Assembly (NCBI GenBank): GCA_965657965.1
Contig: CBFHQM010000010.1
Location: forward strand, 1,078-65,077
DNA: 64,000 nt
From: an uncultured Flavobacteriales bacterium
Lineage (GTDB): Bacteria > Bacteroidota > Bacteroidia > Flavobacteriales_D > Sanyastnellaceae
Reading direction: 5' to 3'
Shown one piece after another: positions 50,026-58,687 of the stretch; the stretch's first letter is position 1, and each line of letters opens with the position of its first letter. Under the pieces are notes generated by a model that saw only the letters and a list, made by a program, of their open reading frames with translations, did not search any database and was not told the origin of the DNA. The position numbers and the translations under genes are program-made.

Positions 50026-51741
50026 TTAGGCACTCACCGCTGCCATGTAAGCCTTGTAGACTTCGGCACTCTCGACCGAGGGGGTCGAAATTTCCAACAC
50101 TTTCGGCGCATCCGCGTTGTCCCACCAACCCTCGAGGGCACTGGTGAGCGCTGTTTCGGAGGTCACACGGGCATGCTCCAAACCGTGCAAGTCACACAAA
50201 GCGCGCAAGGGCGTGGCATGCCTCATCTCAAAGTGGGAGTCCAGCATTCCAGTGCGCTGAGGTCCATCGAGCCAACGAAACACACCGCCTCCGCCATTGT
50301 GAATGACGGCAATCCTGAGGTGGTCAGGCAAAGGGTGCACCAAAAAGGCGTTGGCGTCGTAGAGAAACCCCAAATCGCCGGTGATCAGGGTCACGTGTTG
50401 TCCGGCCAAAGTTGCACCCACCGCAGTGGAGGAGCAGCCGTCAATCCCCGCCACGCCGCGGTTGGACCATGGTTGGATTTCGGGTCTGTGAAAGAGCTGG
50501 GCGTATCGGACGGGGGTGGAATTGCCCAAGTGTAGTTGCCAATCTTCGGGAAGCGCGCGATGCAGCACGGCGTGGGCGCGCAAGTCGCTCCAAGGTGCAT
50601 TGGCCAATGCTGTGGTGTGGGCCTGACTGAGCCGGTTGGCTTGATCTAGCCAGAGATGCTGCCATGCTCCAGCGGAGGACGAGGGGAGAATTGGCGACGC
50701 GATCAAACGTGTGGCAACGGCATCCAATGCCCGCGGAACAGTCGAATGGATGCACGTGACGGTTGGGCCAAATGCGGAGGGAGCCTCTCCACTGTTGTCG
50801 ATGTGCAGGTGATCCACAGCTGCGGTGCGCAGGGCTTGCCGCAGAGACTTTGACAACAAAGGGGCTCCAAAAGTGACCACCATGTCGGGGTGTGCCAGAG
50901 ACCAGTCGTGTTCGGTGGCTGTCCATCCCCGCATCCATCGGTCTGTGGACACAATGGTGGTATCCGCGCGACCGAGGCCGCTGGTAGAATCCCCAACAAT
51001 CACGGCGAAGGTCGCCCAAACTTCGAGCGTTTTTCTGGACAGTGGGAGGGGCTGAGTGCCCCCGAGCAGCATCACACGTCGACCCGATTCAATGGCCGTA
51101 CTGATGCGCGCTGCGAATTGCAATTCTGCTTCCTCTTGGGCAGCGCTGGGTGCGGTAGGCTGTTTGGCCTGGTGATCTTGGTTTGTGTCGGGAGAATCGG
51201 ATCGTGTGACGTTAGCGTCTGGATACAAGGGCTCAGAGAAGGGGCAGTTGATGTGCACCGGCCCGCAGTTGAGCGCCTTCGACACCGCGCTGAGCATGGC
51301 GTCGCCGAAATCGTCTTCCGAGGGAAGCCACTGGAATTCGCCACGCACATGGGTCGAATGAATGCCTTGTTGTTGTAGGGTCTGGCTCTCCCATTGGTTT
51401 TGGGCACCGTGGGGGCGATCAGCTGTGAGGCTGACCAGGGGCAATCCCATTTTATGGGCCTCGGCGAGGGCGGGGGCGTGATTGAGTGCGGCGGTGCCGC
51501 TGGTACAACAGACGGCGACGGGGGCGTTCAGCGCCACAATCATGCCGAGCGCATGGTGGGCTGCGGAGCGTTCGTCCAATGCCACATGGCATGGCAGACC
51601 AGCAGCGTCCAGAGCCTGCATCAGTGGTGCGTTACGTGAGCCAGGACTGACCACCGCCCCTTTGAGTCCGGTTTGGATGAGCCCTTGGACCAAACGGTGG
51701 GCAGATTCCAGTGCGCTGACCGGGAAGCGAGAGCTGCTCAT
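50026..51741 (-). CDS. menD: 2-succinyl-5-enolpyruvyl-6-hydroxy-3-cyclohexene-1-carboxylate (SEPHCHC) synthase
   Basis: [20 protein letters not shown]...[11 protein letters not shown]...CTSGTAALN...[10 protein letters not shown] is the ThDP-dependent MenD pattern. ATG 51741 overlaps the menF stop (ATGA). Confidence 0.88.
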   Translation of the reverse strand: MSSSRFPVSALESAHRLVQGLIQTGLKGAVVSPGSRNAPLMQALDAAGLPCHVALDERSAAHHALGMIVALNAPVAVCCTSGTAALNHAPALAEAHKMGLPLVSLTADRPHGAQNQWESQTLQQQGIHSTHVRGEFQWLPSEDDFGDAMLSAVSKALNCGPVHINCPFSEPLYPDANVTRSDSPDTNQDHQAKQPTAPSAAQEEAELQFAARISTAIESGRRVMLLGGTQPLPLSRKTLEVWATFAVIVGDSTSGLGRADTTIVSTDRWMRGWTATEHDWSLAHPDMVVTFGAPLLSKSLRQALRTAAVDHLHIDNSGEAPSAFGPTVTCIHSTVPRALDAVATRLIASPILPSSSAGAWQHLWLDQANRLSQAHTTALANAPWSDLRAHAVLHRALPEDWQLHLGNSTPVRYAQLFHRPEIQPWSNRGVAGIDGCSSTAVGATLAGQHVTLITGDLGFLYDANAFLVHPLPDHLRIAVIHNGGGGVFRWLDGPQRTGMLDSHFEMRHATPLRALCDLHGLEHARVTSETALTSALEGWWDNADAPKVLEISTPSVESAEVYKAYMAAVSA

Positions 51742-52748
51742 TTCGACCAGTGAACGATGGGGTCGAGCACAGAGCGGAGCTTGTTGCGGGTTTCTTGCCA
51801 CTCTGACGCGGGGTCGGAGCCAGCGGTAATGCCGCCGCCTGCATATGCCGTGAGCTGGTCCTCGCGGAGCGCCGCACAACGTAGGTTCACGAAGTAACTG
51901 ACTTCGTCGCCTTGTTCGAGGCCAATCCAGCCCGTGTAGAAGGCGCGATCATGACCTTCATTTTGTTGGATAAAGGCCAGGGCCGCCTCCCTCGGAGTTC
52001 CTCCAACGGCTGGGGTCGGGTGCAGGGCTTTCACCACATCGAATACAGAGTGAGTGGACCGAAAGTCGACAATGGTTCGGAGGTGCTCGATGGGCCCATA
52101 TTGAACCGTTTCTCGCGGACCAACGTGGACGCCCTCACACCCGCTTTCCTGCAAGGCTTCGAGGACAGCGTCGACGACATACTGCTGTTCCTGGACTTCC
52201 TTGTTGGTCCAAGGGTCGGACGTTGCACCCGTATGGGTCATGCGTGTGCCCGCCAGACAAGTGGTTCGGAATTGCGGCCAATGTCCTTCGACCAAGGGCT
52301 CCGGAGAAGAGCCAAACCACATGCCGATGTCGGGGTGCTGAACCATCCAGCTGAACGAATCGGGGTGCGCTTGCGCTTGACGGCGAACAACCTCTTCTGC
52401 ATCAAGGGGCCCAACACCTACAGTCAAGTGGCTGGACAGGACCACCTTGTCCAAGACGCCCGTCGCAATGCTCTCTTTCGCCAACGTCACCATTTGGATG
52501 TGGGATTGACGTTCAGTGCCCCCGAGTGAGTTGGCGTTCGGTTTGATTTGAGGGCGTTGGTCGCCAAAGACGGAAGCCCCCGGCTCAATTCTCCCTCGAA
52601 CCTCAATGATGCTGTGCTGTTGCGCGTGGACCCAAGGGTGCATTCGGAAACAGGCCTGTCCCTTTGCGTCGGGAACCAGACGTTCCAGTGTGGGGGCTCC
52701 TGGACGATGAAACAGAACCGCAATGGGGCTTTCTTCTTGCACGCTCAT
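51738..52748 (-). CDS. menF: Isochorismate synthase
   Basis: The chorismate-binding C-terminus is ALHPTPAVGGTPREAALAFI...EGHDRAFYTGWIG...VNLRCA...AYAGGGITAGSDPASEW. The start is ATG 52748. Confidence 0.85.
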   Translation of the reverse strand: MSVQEESPIAVLFHRPGAPTLERLVPDAKGQACFRMHPWVHAQQHSIIEVRGRIEPGASVFGDQRPQIKPNANSLGGTERQSHIQMVTLAKESIATGVLDKVVLSSHLTVGVGPLDAEEVVRRQAQAHPDSFSWMVQHPDIGMWFGSSPEPLVEGHWPQFRTTCLAGTRMTHTGATSDPWTNKEVQEQQYVVDAVLEALQESGCEGVHVGPRETVQYGPIEHLRTIVDFRSTHSVFDVVKALHPTPAVGGTPREAALAFIQQNEGHDRAFYTGWIGLEQGDEVSYFVNLRCAALREDQLTAYAGGGITAGSDPASEWQETRNKLRSVLDPIVHWSK

Positions 52749-53203
52749 CAGGAAGCTGTCTTTTTCGTTGTGGCCTGAGGAACGAGCATCACGGTAAGCC
52801 GACTGGTGCAAATGGCCCGCCCCTTGTCGTCGGTGATGTCGATGTGCCAGACATGAAGTTTGCCTCCTTCGTGATGGAGTTTCGCATGACCGTGCACCCA
52901 GCCGTCGCGCACACCGCGCAAGTGATTGGCGTTGACTTCAATGCCGACAGCGGCTTTGCCCATTGGGGATGCGATGAAATGCGAACCAATGGATCCCAGC
53001 GTCTCGGCCAATACCACACTGGCCCCGCCATGAAGTAGACCGTAAGGCTGGTGCGTTCTGGCGTCCACAGGCATGCGACCGGTCACTTGTCCGTGGGTGA
53101 CTTCGAGAATCTCCATTCCGAGCGCTTCACCAATGGTATTGCGACCCAGCGCTTGCAGTTCCTCTGCAGACATGCGGTTCGATGCTTTGCTCACCTTACT
53201 CAT
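52748..53203 (-). CDS. PaaI-type hotdog-fold thioesterase (candidate 1,4-dihydroxy-2-naphthoyl-CoA hydrolase)
   Basis: GMEILEVTHGQVTGRMPVDARTHQPYGLLHGGASVVLAETLGS...HHEGGKLHVWHIDITDDKGRAICTSRLT is a hotdog-fold sequence. It is the first gene of the men operon. The start is ATG 53203. Confidence 0.7.
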   Translation of the reverse strand: MSKVSKASNRMSAEELQALGRNTIGEALGMEILEVTHGQVTGRMPVDARTHQPYGLLHGGASVVLAETLGSIGSHFIASPMGKAAVGIEVNANHLRGVRDGWVHGHAKLHHEGGKLHVWHIDITDDKGRAICTSRLTVMLVPQATTKKTAS

Positions 53204-53491
53204 CCGTAGTGAAAGTAGCGGTGCACAGGTGTTTTTGCTGTTCGAAGTCCATGGGTGATCTCGGGGGCTAAAGAAAAACGAACTTTTTTTTCGTTCCGAA
53301 GGCAACGATTGCTTTTGTCGGCGTCATATACTCGGATACGGCTGTTCAAGCTGTATCGGTTTCAATATCCTTGCAGGTTTCGGAGGGGGCAGAAATGTCC
53401 CCTTCTTTCTTTTTGGGGTTTTTTCAAAACGCCAGGCTAGGCACTGTTGAAGTGAGCTATGTACCCTGCAAAATTGAAGCTTTCCCAGTGC

Positions 53492-54181
53492 TTACAAGGC
53501 AACATGGATTAGTTTTTTCGTCTCAAAGAAGGGGTCGGAAAGGACATCGCTTAAGCTCCATGAGGTCACTGTGTCCTGAATGGGGGCCAATTCTTCTTTG
53601 AGATCTCCCCCCTTGAGGTACCAGACGCCATTGGCCATGCCATGGCGATGATCGTTGGCAATCAAAGGCCGAACCCAGGTAAGAAAAGTCGGCATTTTGG
53701 TGACGGCTCTGCTGACCACGAAATCGAAAGCGGGGCGGTCAGTCAAGGCTTCTGCCCGAGCCCAAACGCCCTCGACATTCTTTAGCTCGAGCGCATCTGC
53801 GACAGCATCGACCACTTTGATTTTTTTTCCGATCGAATCGCAAAGGGTGAAGTGGGCGTCGGGAAAGAGAATGGCCAGTGGCAAACCTGGGAATCCGCCG
53901 CCTGTGCCGACATCTAAAATTCGAGCCCCCGATTCAGGGCGCATGAGACGTGCGATGGCCAAGCTGTGCAACACATGTCGGACGAAGAACTGGTCCAAGT
54001 CTTTGCGAGAAATCACATTGATTTTGGCATTCCAATCTCGGAAAAGTGGTCCGAGCATGGCGAGTTGGTTGCGTTGCTGCTTGGTCAGGGGGGGCAGCGG
54101 CGTACCAAAGTCCAAGGCTTCGACATCCAAGGCTTTGAGCGCGGCGTCTACTGCGCGGTTGTCTTGAGCAGAGGCTTTCAC
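53492..54181 (-). CDS. rsmG: 16S rRNA (guanine527-N7)-methyltransferase
   Basis: LFRDWNAKINVISRKDLDQFFVRHVLHSLAI...ILDVGTGGGFPGLPLAILFP is GidB/RsmG. Confidence 0.85.
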   Translation of the reverse strand: MKASAQDNRAVDAALKALDVEALDFGTPLPPLTKQQRNQLAMLGPLFRDWNAKINVISRKDLDQFFVRHVLHSLAIARLMRPESGARILDVGTGGGFPGLPLAILFPDAHFTLCDSIGKKIKVVDAVADALELKNVEGVWARAEALTDRPAFDFVVSRAVTKMPTFLTWVRPLIANDHRHGMANGVWYLKGGDLKEELAPIQDTVTSWSLSDVLSDPFFETKKLIHVAL

Positions 54182-54183
54182 GC

Positions 54184-54816
54184 TCAGAACTGTTCGCGGT
54201 CAATTTCCAAGACGCCAGCGAGGATGTCGCGTGCACGGAAAAGTTGTGCCTTGACGGTGCCCAGTGGGAGGTCCAGCTCTTCGGAGATTTCGTCGTAGCT
54301 GTATTCCTCGAAATAGCGCAATTCAACCAATCTCCTGTAGCGGGGCTTGAGTTGTGCCACCACTTCCCGCATGCGGTTGACCCGTTGCTGCTTCTCCATG
54401 GTTTGTCCGGGATCCAATCCGTCGTCTGCCACTTGAATTTCCATGGTGTCTCCTTCCGCGTCGGTAAAGCCCTTGTCGAGACTCAAGGCTTTGATTCTCT
54501 TCTTTCGAATGAAATCAATGGCCCCGTTGGACGCGATTTTGAACAGCCAAGTCGAGAAGGCAAACTTTGGGCTGTACTGTTTAAGCCGACGAAAGGCCTT
54601 GCCAAAAGTCTCGATCATCAAGTCCTCTGCATCGTCTTGGTCGTGGACCATTTTGATGAGCATGTAGTAAATGGGGTCGCGATAGCGCTCCATCAACTCG
54701 GCAAATGCGCCTTGATCGTGAGAGTCCAATGCCCTGCAAATGAGGCCATAGTCGTACTTGGCCTTGTCGGAAAGGTGGTCGATCACGACCTGCTTGTCGG
54801 TGCCCGCTGCGTCCAT
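54184..54816 (-). CDS. ECF-type RNA polymerase sigma-70 factor
   Basis: Region 2 is FAELMERYRDPIYYMLIKMVHDQDDAEDLMIETFGKAFRRL...FSTWLFKIASN. Region 4 is YRRLVELRYFEEYSYDEISEELDLPLGTVKAQLFRA. ATG 54816 overlaps the upstream GT2 gene by 34 nt. An in-frame GTG at 54786 would instead give a GTGA stop/start overlap. Confidence 0.85.
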   Translation of the reverse strand: MDAAGTDKQVVIDHLSDKAKYDYGLICRALDSHDQGAFAELMERYRDPIYYMLIKMVHDQDDAEDLMIETFGKAFRRLKQYSPKFAFSTWLFKIASNGAIDFIRKKRIKALSLDKGFTDAEGDTMEIQVADDGLDPGQTMEKQQRVNRMREVVAQLKPRYRRLVELRYFEEYSYDEISEELDLPLGTVKAQLFRARDILAGVLEIDREQF

Positions 54817-55934
54817 GTCGGCGATGAGGTGAAATTCAGCAAGGTGGCTACAGCGAGGAATCCCCACCGCATCGGTCCCAGAAAGGTGGCCCGAAAGCCG
54901 TGTTTTGCCGGGAGACCGAGGTCCTTGACGAATGACGACAAGTTAACAGCCCTGAACAGGAGGACAAGCCCCGCAGAGAGCACGGGTATCCAACCTTCAT
55001 TGTGCAAAAGGCCGGAAGCCCCCATTGCGGCTCCCATTGCAACGAGCGGATCGAGCGAGGCGTCAATGGCCAAATTGATGAAGGTGCGCGGTGTGTAACG
55101 CGGCGCAGTGCTCAGATGCCTTCGCTTTCGACGGAGTCCATCTGCCCATCCGGAAGCCGGGACCGTCGGGTTGGCCATGCGGAGATCTTGCGTTGCCAAA
55201 GTTTGGATGGCATGGCCTTTTTGGGCCGCAGATTGGACAAAAAGATCGTCGTCCCCGCTTGCCAAGTCCAGGTGGTCTTGGAAGCCGCCTAACGTCTTCC
55301 ACAGGCTTTTGCGATAAGCCAAGTTGCGCCCAACTCCCATGTAGCTTCGGCTCATGGCTGCGGCCGTGCCGTATTGCCAAGCGATGCGTACCGCGTCAAA
55401 ATGAAGAAGCCAGGGACCGCCGTTGGGGAGGCTGAATCCCAGAAGAATGGCAGGTCCCTCCGGTACATTCCCGATGGAATGGGCCATGGAATAGGCCCAT
55501 TTTTCTCCCGGCCTGCAGTCCGCATCGGTGAGCACAAGGCGATCGTGATGGGCAGCCGTGATGCCCGCAGTGAGGGCCTCTTTTTTTCCGGGTCGTGTTT
55601 TCTCGTGGTGGACAACGATAAGTGCTTTGGGGTCTTGGCGCTGCTGTTGTTCAAGCCAAAGCCGAGTGCCATCGGAAGACCCATCGTTCACAACGACCCA
55701 CTCGACGTCCCAGTCGGATGGGAAGACTTGTCCTCTCCAAAGGGGCCAGATGGCCTTGAGATGGTCGAGATCGTTGTGCACGCAAAGAAGCAGGCTCACC
55801 GCTTTGTCGCTGGCACTCCGATTGCGGTTGTTGTGTGGACGGTGCTTCCAAGCCCTCGTCGCGCGTAGGTCGATGAACAGCCGCAAGACAGAGGGCGACG
55901 CTGCGACCATGGCCAAGGCCATCGCGTTTGTCAT
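54783..55934 (-). CDS. Family 2 glycosyltransferase (membrane-anchored)
   Basis: SLLLCVHNDLDHLK...VEWVVVNDGSSDGT...LVLTDADCRPGEKW shows the GT-A DxD-type motifs. The C-terminus is hydrophobic. Confidence 0.75.
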   Translation of the reverse strand: MTNAMALAMVAASPSVLRLFIDLRATRAWKHRPHNNRNRSASDKAVSLLLCVHNDLDHLKAIWPLWRGQVFPSDWDVEWVVVNDGSSDGTRLWLEQQQRQDPKALIVVHHEKTRPGKKEALTAGITAAHHDRLVLTDADCRPGEKWAYSMAHSIGNVPEGPAILLGFSLPNGGPWLLHFDAVRIAWQYGTAAAMSRSYMGVGRNLAYRKSLWKTLGGFQDHLDLASGDDDLFVQSAAQKGHAIQTLATQDLRMANPTVPASGWADGLRRKRRHLSTAPRYTPRTFINLAIDASLDPLVAMGAAMGASGLLHNEGWIPVLSAGLVLLFRAVNLSSFVKDLGLPAKHGFRATFLGPMRWGFLAVATLLNFTSSPTWTQRAPTSRS

Positions 55935-56338
55935 TACTCGGAATAGGTGTAGTCCAAGAGGTCAGGCCATTGGGCCAGACGCAATCTAATCTTGGCCTGT
56001 GAAGGGTCTCGATAAGGCCGGAGGTCAAAGGCGTGGTCCTCTCGAAGCAACGCCCTCCCCATGTCTCCGTGGCTGTTGTGGTTCAGGCGCAGGGGTTGCT
56101 GTCGGGGCATGGATTTTGTAGCGGCACCACCGGACTCAAGTCTGAATTCATGGGTGCGAAACCCGCCCCCGAATTGAAGGGTCATTCGGAGACTGTCTCC
56201 TTCTACAGCGGCGCTTAAAATGGTGTAAGGGGTGTCCCAGGTTTCTGTCGCATTCAATGCGGCATCGGCTTGGGCGCTTTTCTTATTGCCCGCACAGGCG
56301 GTCAAAACCATCAGCAAGGAAATCCACAGATAGCGCAT
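55934..56338 (-). CDS. Hypothetical lipoprotein
   Basis: ATG 56338 gives MRYLWISLLMVLTACAGN, a lipobox. The stop overlaps the GT2 start (TAATG). I recognise no family. Confidence 0.5.
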   Translation of the reverse strand: MRYLWISLLMVLTACAGNKKSAQADAALNATETWDTPYTILSAAVEGDSLRMTLQFGGGFRTHEFRLESGGAATKSMPRQQPLRLNHNSHGDMGRALLREDHAFDLRPYRDPSQAKIRLRLAQWPDLLDYTYSE

Positions 56339-56345
56339 CGTAACG

Positions 56346-58619
56346 TCAACGCAGCAAGACACGCTTCATGTATGTCTTGCCAGCGGATTCGATGCGAAGG
56401 AGGGTCCATCCTCTGGGCAATCCTTCGGTGTTGACGCTGGCCATGGCGGCGCCGTTGATGTCCAGTGAGGTGACTTCATTCAGGGGTCTTCCCAGCAAGT
56501 CGAAGGCTTGCATGGTCGCCTTTGCGGGCAGTCCTGAGATGTGCACAGTATGGCTGGCAGGATTGGGGCTGATTTGCACGCTTTGAATAGAGGCAGAGGC
56601 CACAGACATGGCGCTTGTGCAGAATTGGGTCACGTCTGAAGCGCCGAAGTCACCGCCGGTGAGCACCACATCTCCTTCCGGGTCCAGAACGGTAAAGCTG
56701 CCGTCTCCGTACGAGCAGCACATGCCGTCCCCGTATGCGTCTTCCACTTCAAGGATGTAGCATCCGGCTTCTAAGCACAAAGGAATGGAGATCACCTGCC
56801 CGTTGTTGTTGTCCTCGTAAGGGCCGCCTGAATACACGGTGTTGCCTTGTCTGCGAATCTCCCATGTGGTCTCGCTGCCGTATTCGTCCAGGACCAATTC
56901 AAAGCTGAAGTCAAAGGTGTCTTCTGCAAAAGCGGTGAACTCGACGATGGCCCCGTCGTTGAACCCGTTTTCGTCGTCGGTGCCATTGACCGTCAGCACC
57001 ACGACCTCCACCTCAGTGGTGCCGTCTGCAGCCGAAATGCCTGGCAAGGTGAGCGTTGCGACGGCGTACTGGGCCAGGTTGCCTGTCCAGTCCACCGTTT
57101 GCTGCGGGCCGCCATTGACGGAGTATCCGAGTGTGGCCGAAGTCAGGTTGTCTTCACCAAAGTTGCTCAGGGTGACGTCGATGAAGACTTCTCCACCGCC
57201 ACACAAGACAGCATCGGGTGCATTGGTGATGCCGATGCCCATGTCCAAAACAAAGGACGTTACGCAGCCTTCTGCTGGGTAGCCGTCGAGGACATCAATG
57301 CCCAGTCCAAGGGGGTCAAGGTGTTCTGTAATGCCGTTGTTAAAACTGACGCCCATCCGCCCGTAATAGTCGATTTGCCCATTGTTGACATTGCCGTTGC
57401 ATGCCGCTGATCCTCCATAAAGCTGGCCGATGATGCGGTGGTTTTGATCAAACAAGGGGGATCCAGAAGAGCCAGGTTCGGTCACGCCTGCCTCCCATTG
57501 ACTAATCCACCACACCGCTGCACCCGCTGCATTGTCGTGGTAAGGGGCATCTTCTTCGAGACAAATTTTCTTGAGGTCTCCGGAAGGGTGATGCAGGCCC
57601 GTGGCATTTTGAACCGTCTCGTCATCGGATCCGTCCCAGCCGGAAAAGAAGACGTCGTAGCTCTCCGGTGGTGTTTCGTCGAGGAGCAGAAGGCCAAAGT
57701 CAGAGGCGCCGCTGCTCACGAGCAAGTCGCTGCCGCTGATGGTTTGATTCGTGGGTCCGTTGTTTCCGGTGCATCCTGCAGTTTCGTGGTTGAAATAGAA
57801 CGTCCAGTTCCCCACGTTTCCGCTGCCAGGAAGACAGTGGTTTGCCGTTAAAAACAAGGGCGCGCCATCTTGAGCCGTATTGTTAACCAACGCGCCAGTG
57901 CAGACAGAGAACCCCCCCTGTACAATCAAGGCAACAGACCGCTTTTCGCATTGCCATGTTGCCCCTTCCGGACAATTCACATTGATGTTACAGGCGCCGC
58001 TGTTTCCAAATGGTCCGCGTTGTTCGCCCAAGGCTTCCGCCACGAGCGCGGCTTTGCCGACAATGTCGCGATAGGCATGAACGACTTGGTCCACACGCAA
58101 GGCGCATGCGTCGCGTTTGTCGGTGGGGACTTGAAGCTCAATCACCAAGGCGTCTCCCGCGACCAATCCGGTGGCCAATCCGCCCCAGTCCTTGTGGTTG
58201 CGGTGGTCAAAGCCGCCAATGAATTCGATGTGGTCTCGGTTCCACAAGAAGAGTTTTGCGCCCTTCGGAAGATGGAACTGCGAGAAGTTAATGCTCATGG
58301 CGAGCGCGCCGGTGGCCTCCACCACCATGCGCCACACAGAAGTTTCGTTTTTCTCTGTCCACGCGCCGTGTTCGAGCCCCAGGTCCACGTCAAATTCTTC
58401 TCCAAAGCGCCAGGCGGCACTTTTGACTTTGTCGGTGATGGCATCTGCAGTTTGCAGAGCGGCCAAATCAATGGAGGGCATGCGCTGAATCTCAAGCGAT
58501 TCGAGAGCGGGTGTGTCGTTCCAAAGCGGGAGCCCTCCTTGAGAGACTTGGCCGTTTGTGGTTTGAAGCACCAAAAGAGTGACGATGAAGAGGGGGATGC
58601 GAATGAGTGGGAAGTTCAT
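56346..58619 (-). CDS. Secreted S1-family (lysyl/glutamyl-endopeptidase-like) serine protease with a T9SS C-terminal sorting domain
   Basis: ATG 58619 gives the signal peptide MNFPLIRIPLFIVTLLVLQTTNGQ. Catalytic-type motifs are LTANHCL and GSSGSPLF. There are beta-sandwich modules. The C-terminus QISPNPASHTVHISGL...AFDLLGRPL...GWTLLRIESAGKTYMKRVLLR is a type A T9SS CTD. Confidence 0.75.
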   Translation of the reverse strand: MNFPLIRIPLFIVTLLVLQTTNGQVSQGGLPLWNDTPALESLEIQRMPSIDLAALQTADAITDKVKSAAWRFGEEFDVDLGLEHGAWTEKNETSVWRMVVEATGALAMSINFSQFHLPKGAKLFLWNRDHIEFIGGFDHRNHKDWGGLATGLVAGDALVIELQVPTDKRDACALRVDQVVHAYRDIVGKAALVAEALGEQRGPFGNSGACNINVNCPEGATWQCEKRSVALIVQGGFSVCTGALVNNTAQDGAPLFLTANHCLPGSGNVGNWTFYFNHETAGCTGNNGPTNQTISGSDLLVSSGASDFGLLLLDETPPESYDVFFSGWDGSDDETVQNATGLHHPSGDLKKICLEEDAPYHDNAAGAAVWWISQWEAGVTEPGSSGSPLFDQNHRIIGQLYGGSAACNGNVNNGQIDYYGRMGVSFNNGITEHLDPLGLGIDVLDGYPAEGCVTSFVLDMGIGITNAPDAVLCGGGEVFIDVTLSNFGEDNLTSATLGYSVNGGPQQTVDWTGNLAQYAVATLTLPGISAADGTTEVEVVVLTVNGTDDENGFNDGAIVEFTAFAEDTFDFSFELVLDEYGSETTWEIRRQGNTVYSGGPYEDNNNGQVISIPLCLEAGCYILEVEDAYGDGMCCSYGDGSFTVLDPEGDVVLTGGDFGASDVTQFCTSAMSVASASIQSVQISPNPASHTVHISGLPAKATMQAFDLLGRPLNEVTSLDINGAAMASVNTEGLPRGWTLLRIESAGKTYMKRVLLR

Positions 58620-58687
58620 TTGGATGTCTCGTGGGGTTCCTTGCGAAAAAAAACAACTGATGTGGTGGCGAGAAGTTGCACGTGGAT

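Noticed and set aside
46046-53305. Long N-terminal extensions of track ORFs in the men operon (e.g. 47116..48765 at 549 aa, 46046..47389, 50026..51879), which could suggest fusion proteins.
   Set aside because: The extensions overlap the upstream gene in another frame and are Arg/Pro/His/Cys-rich. Each real protein begins at an internal ATG that forms an ATGA/TGATG junction with the preceding stop.
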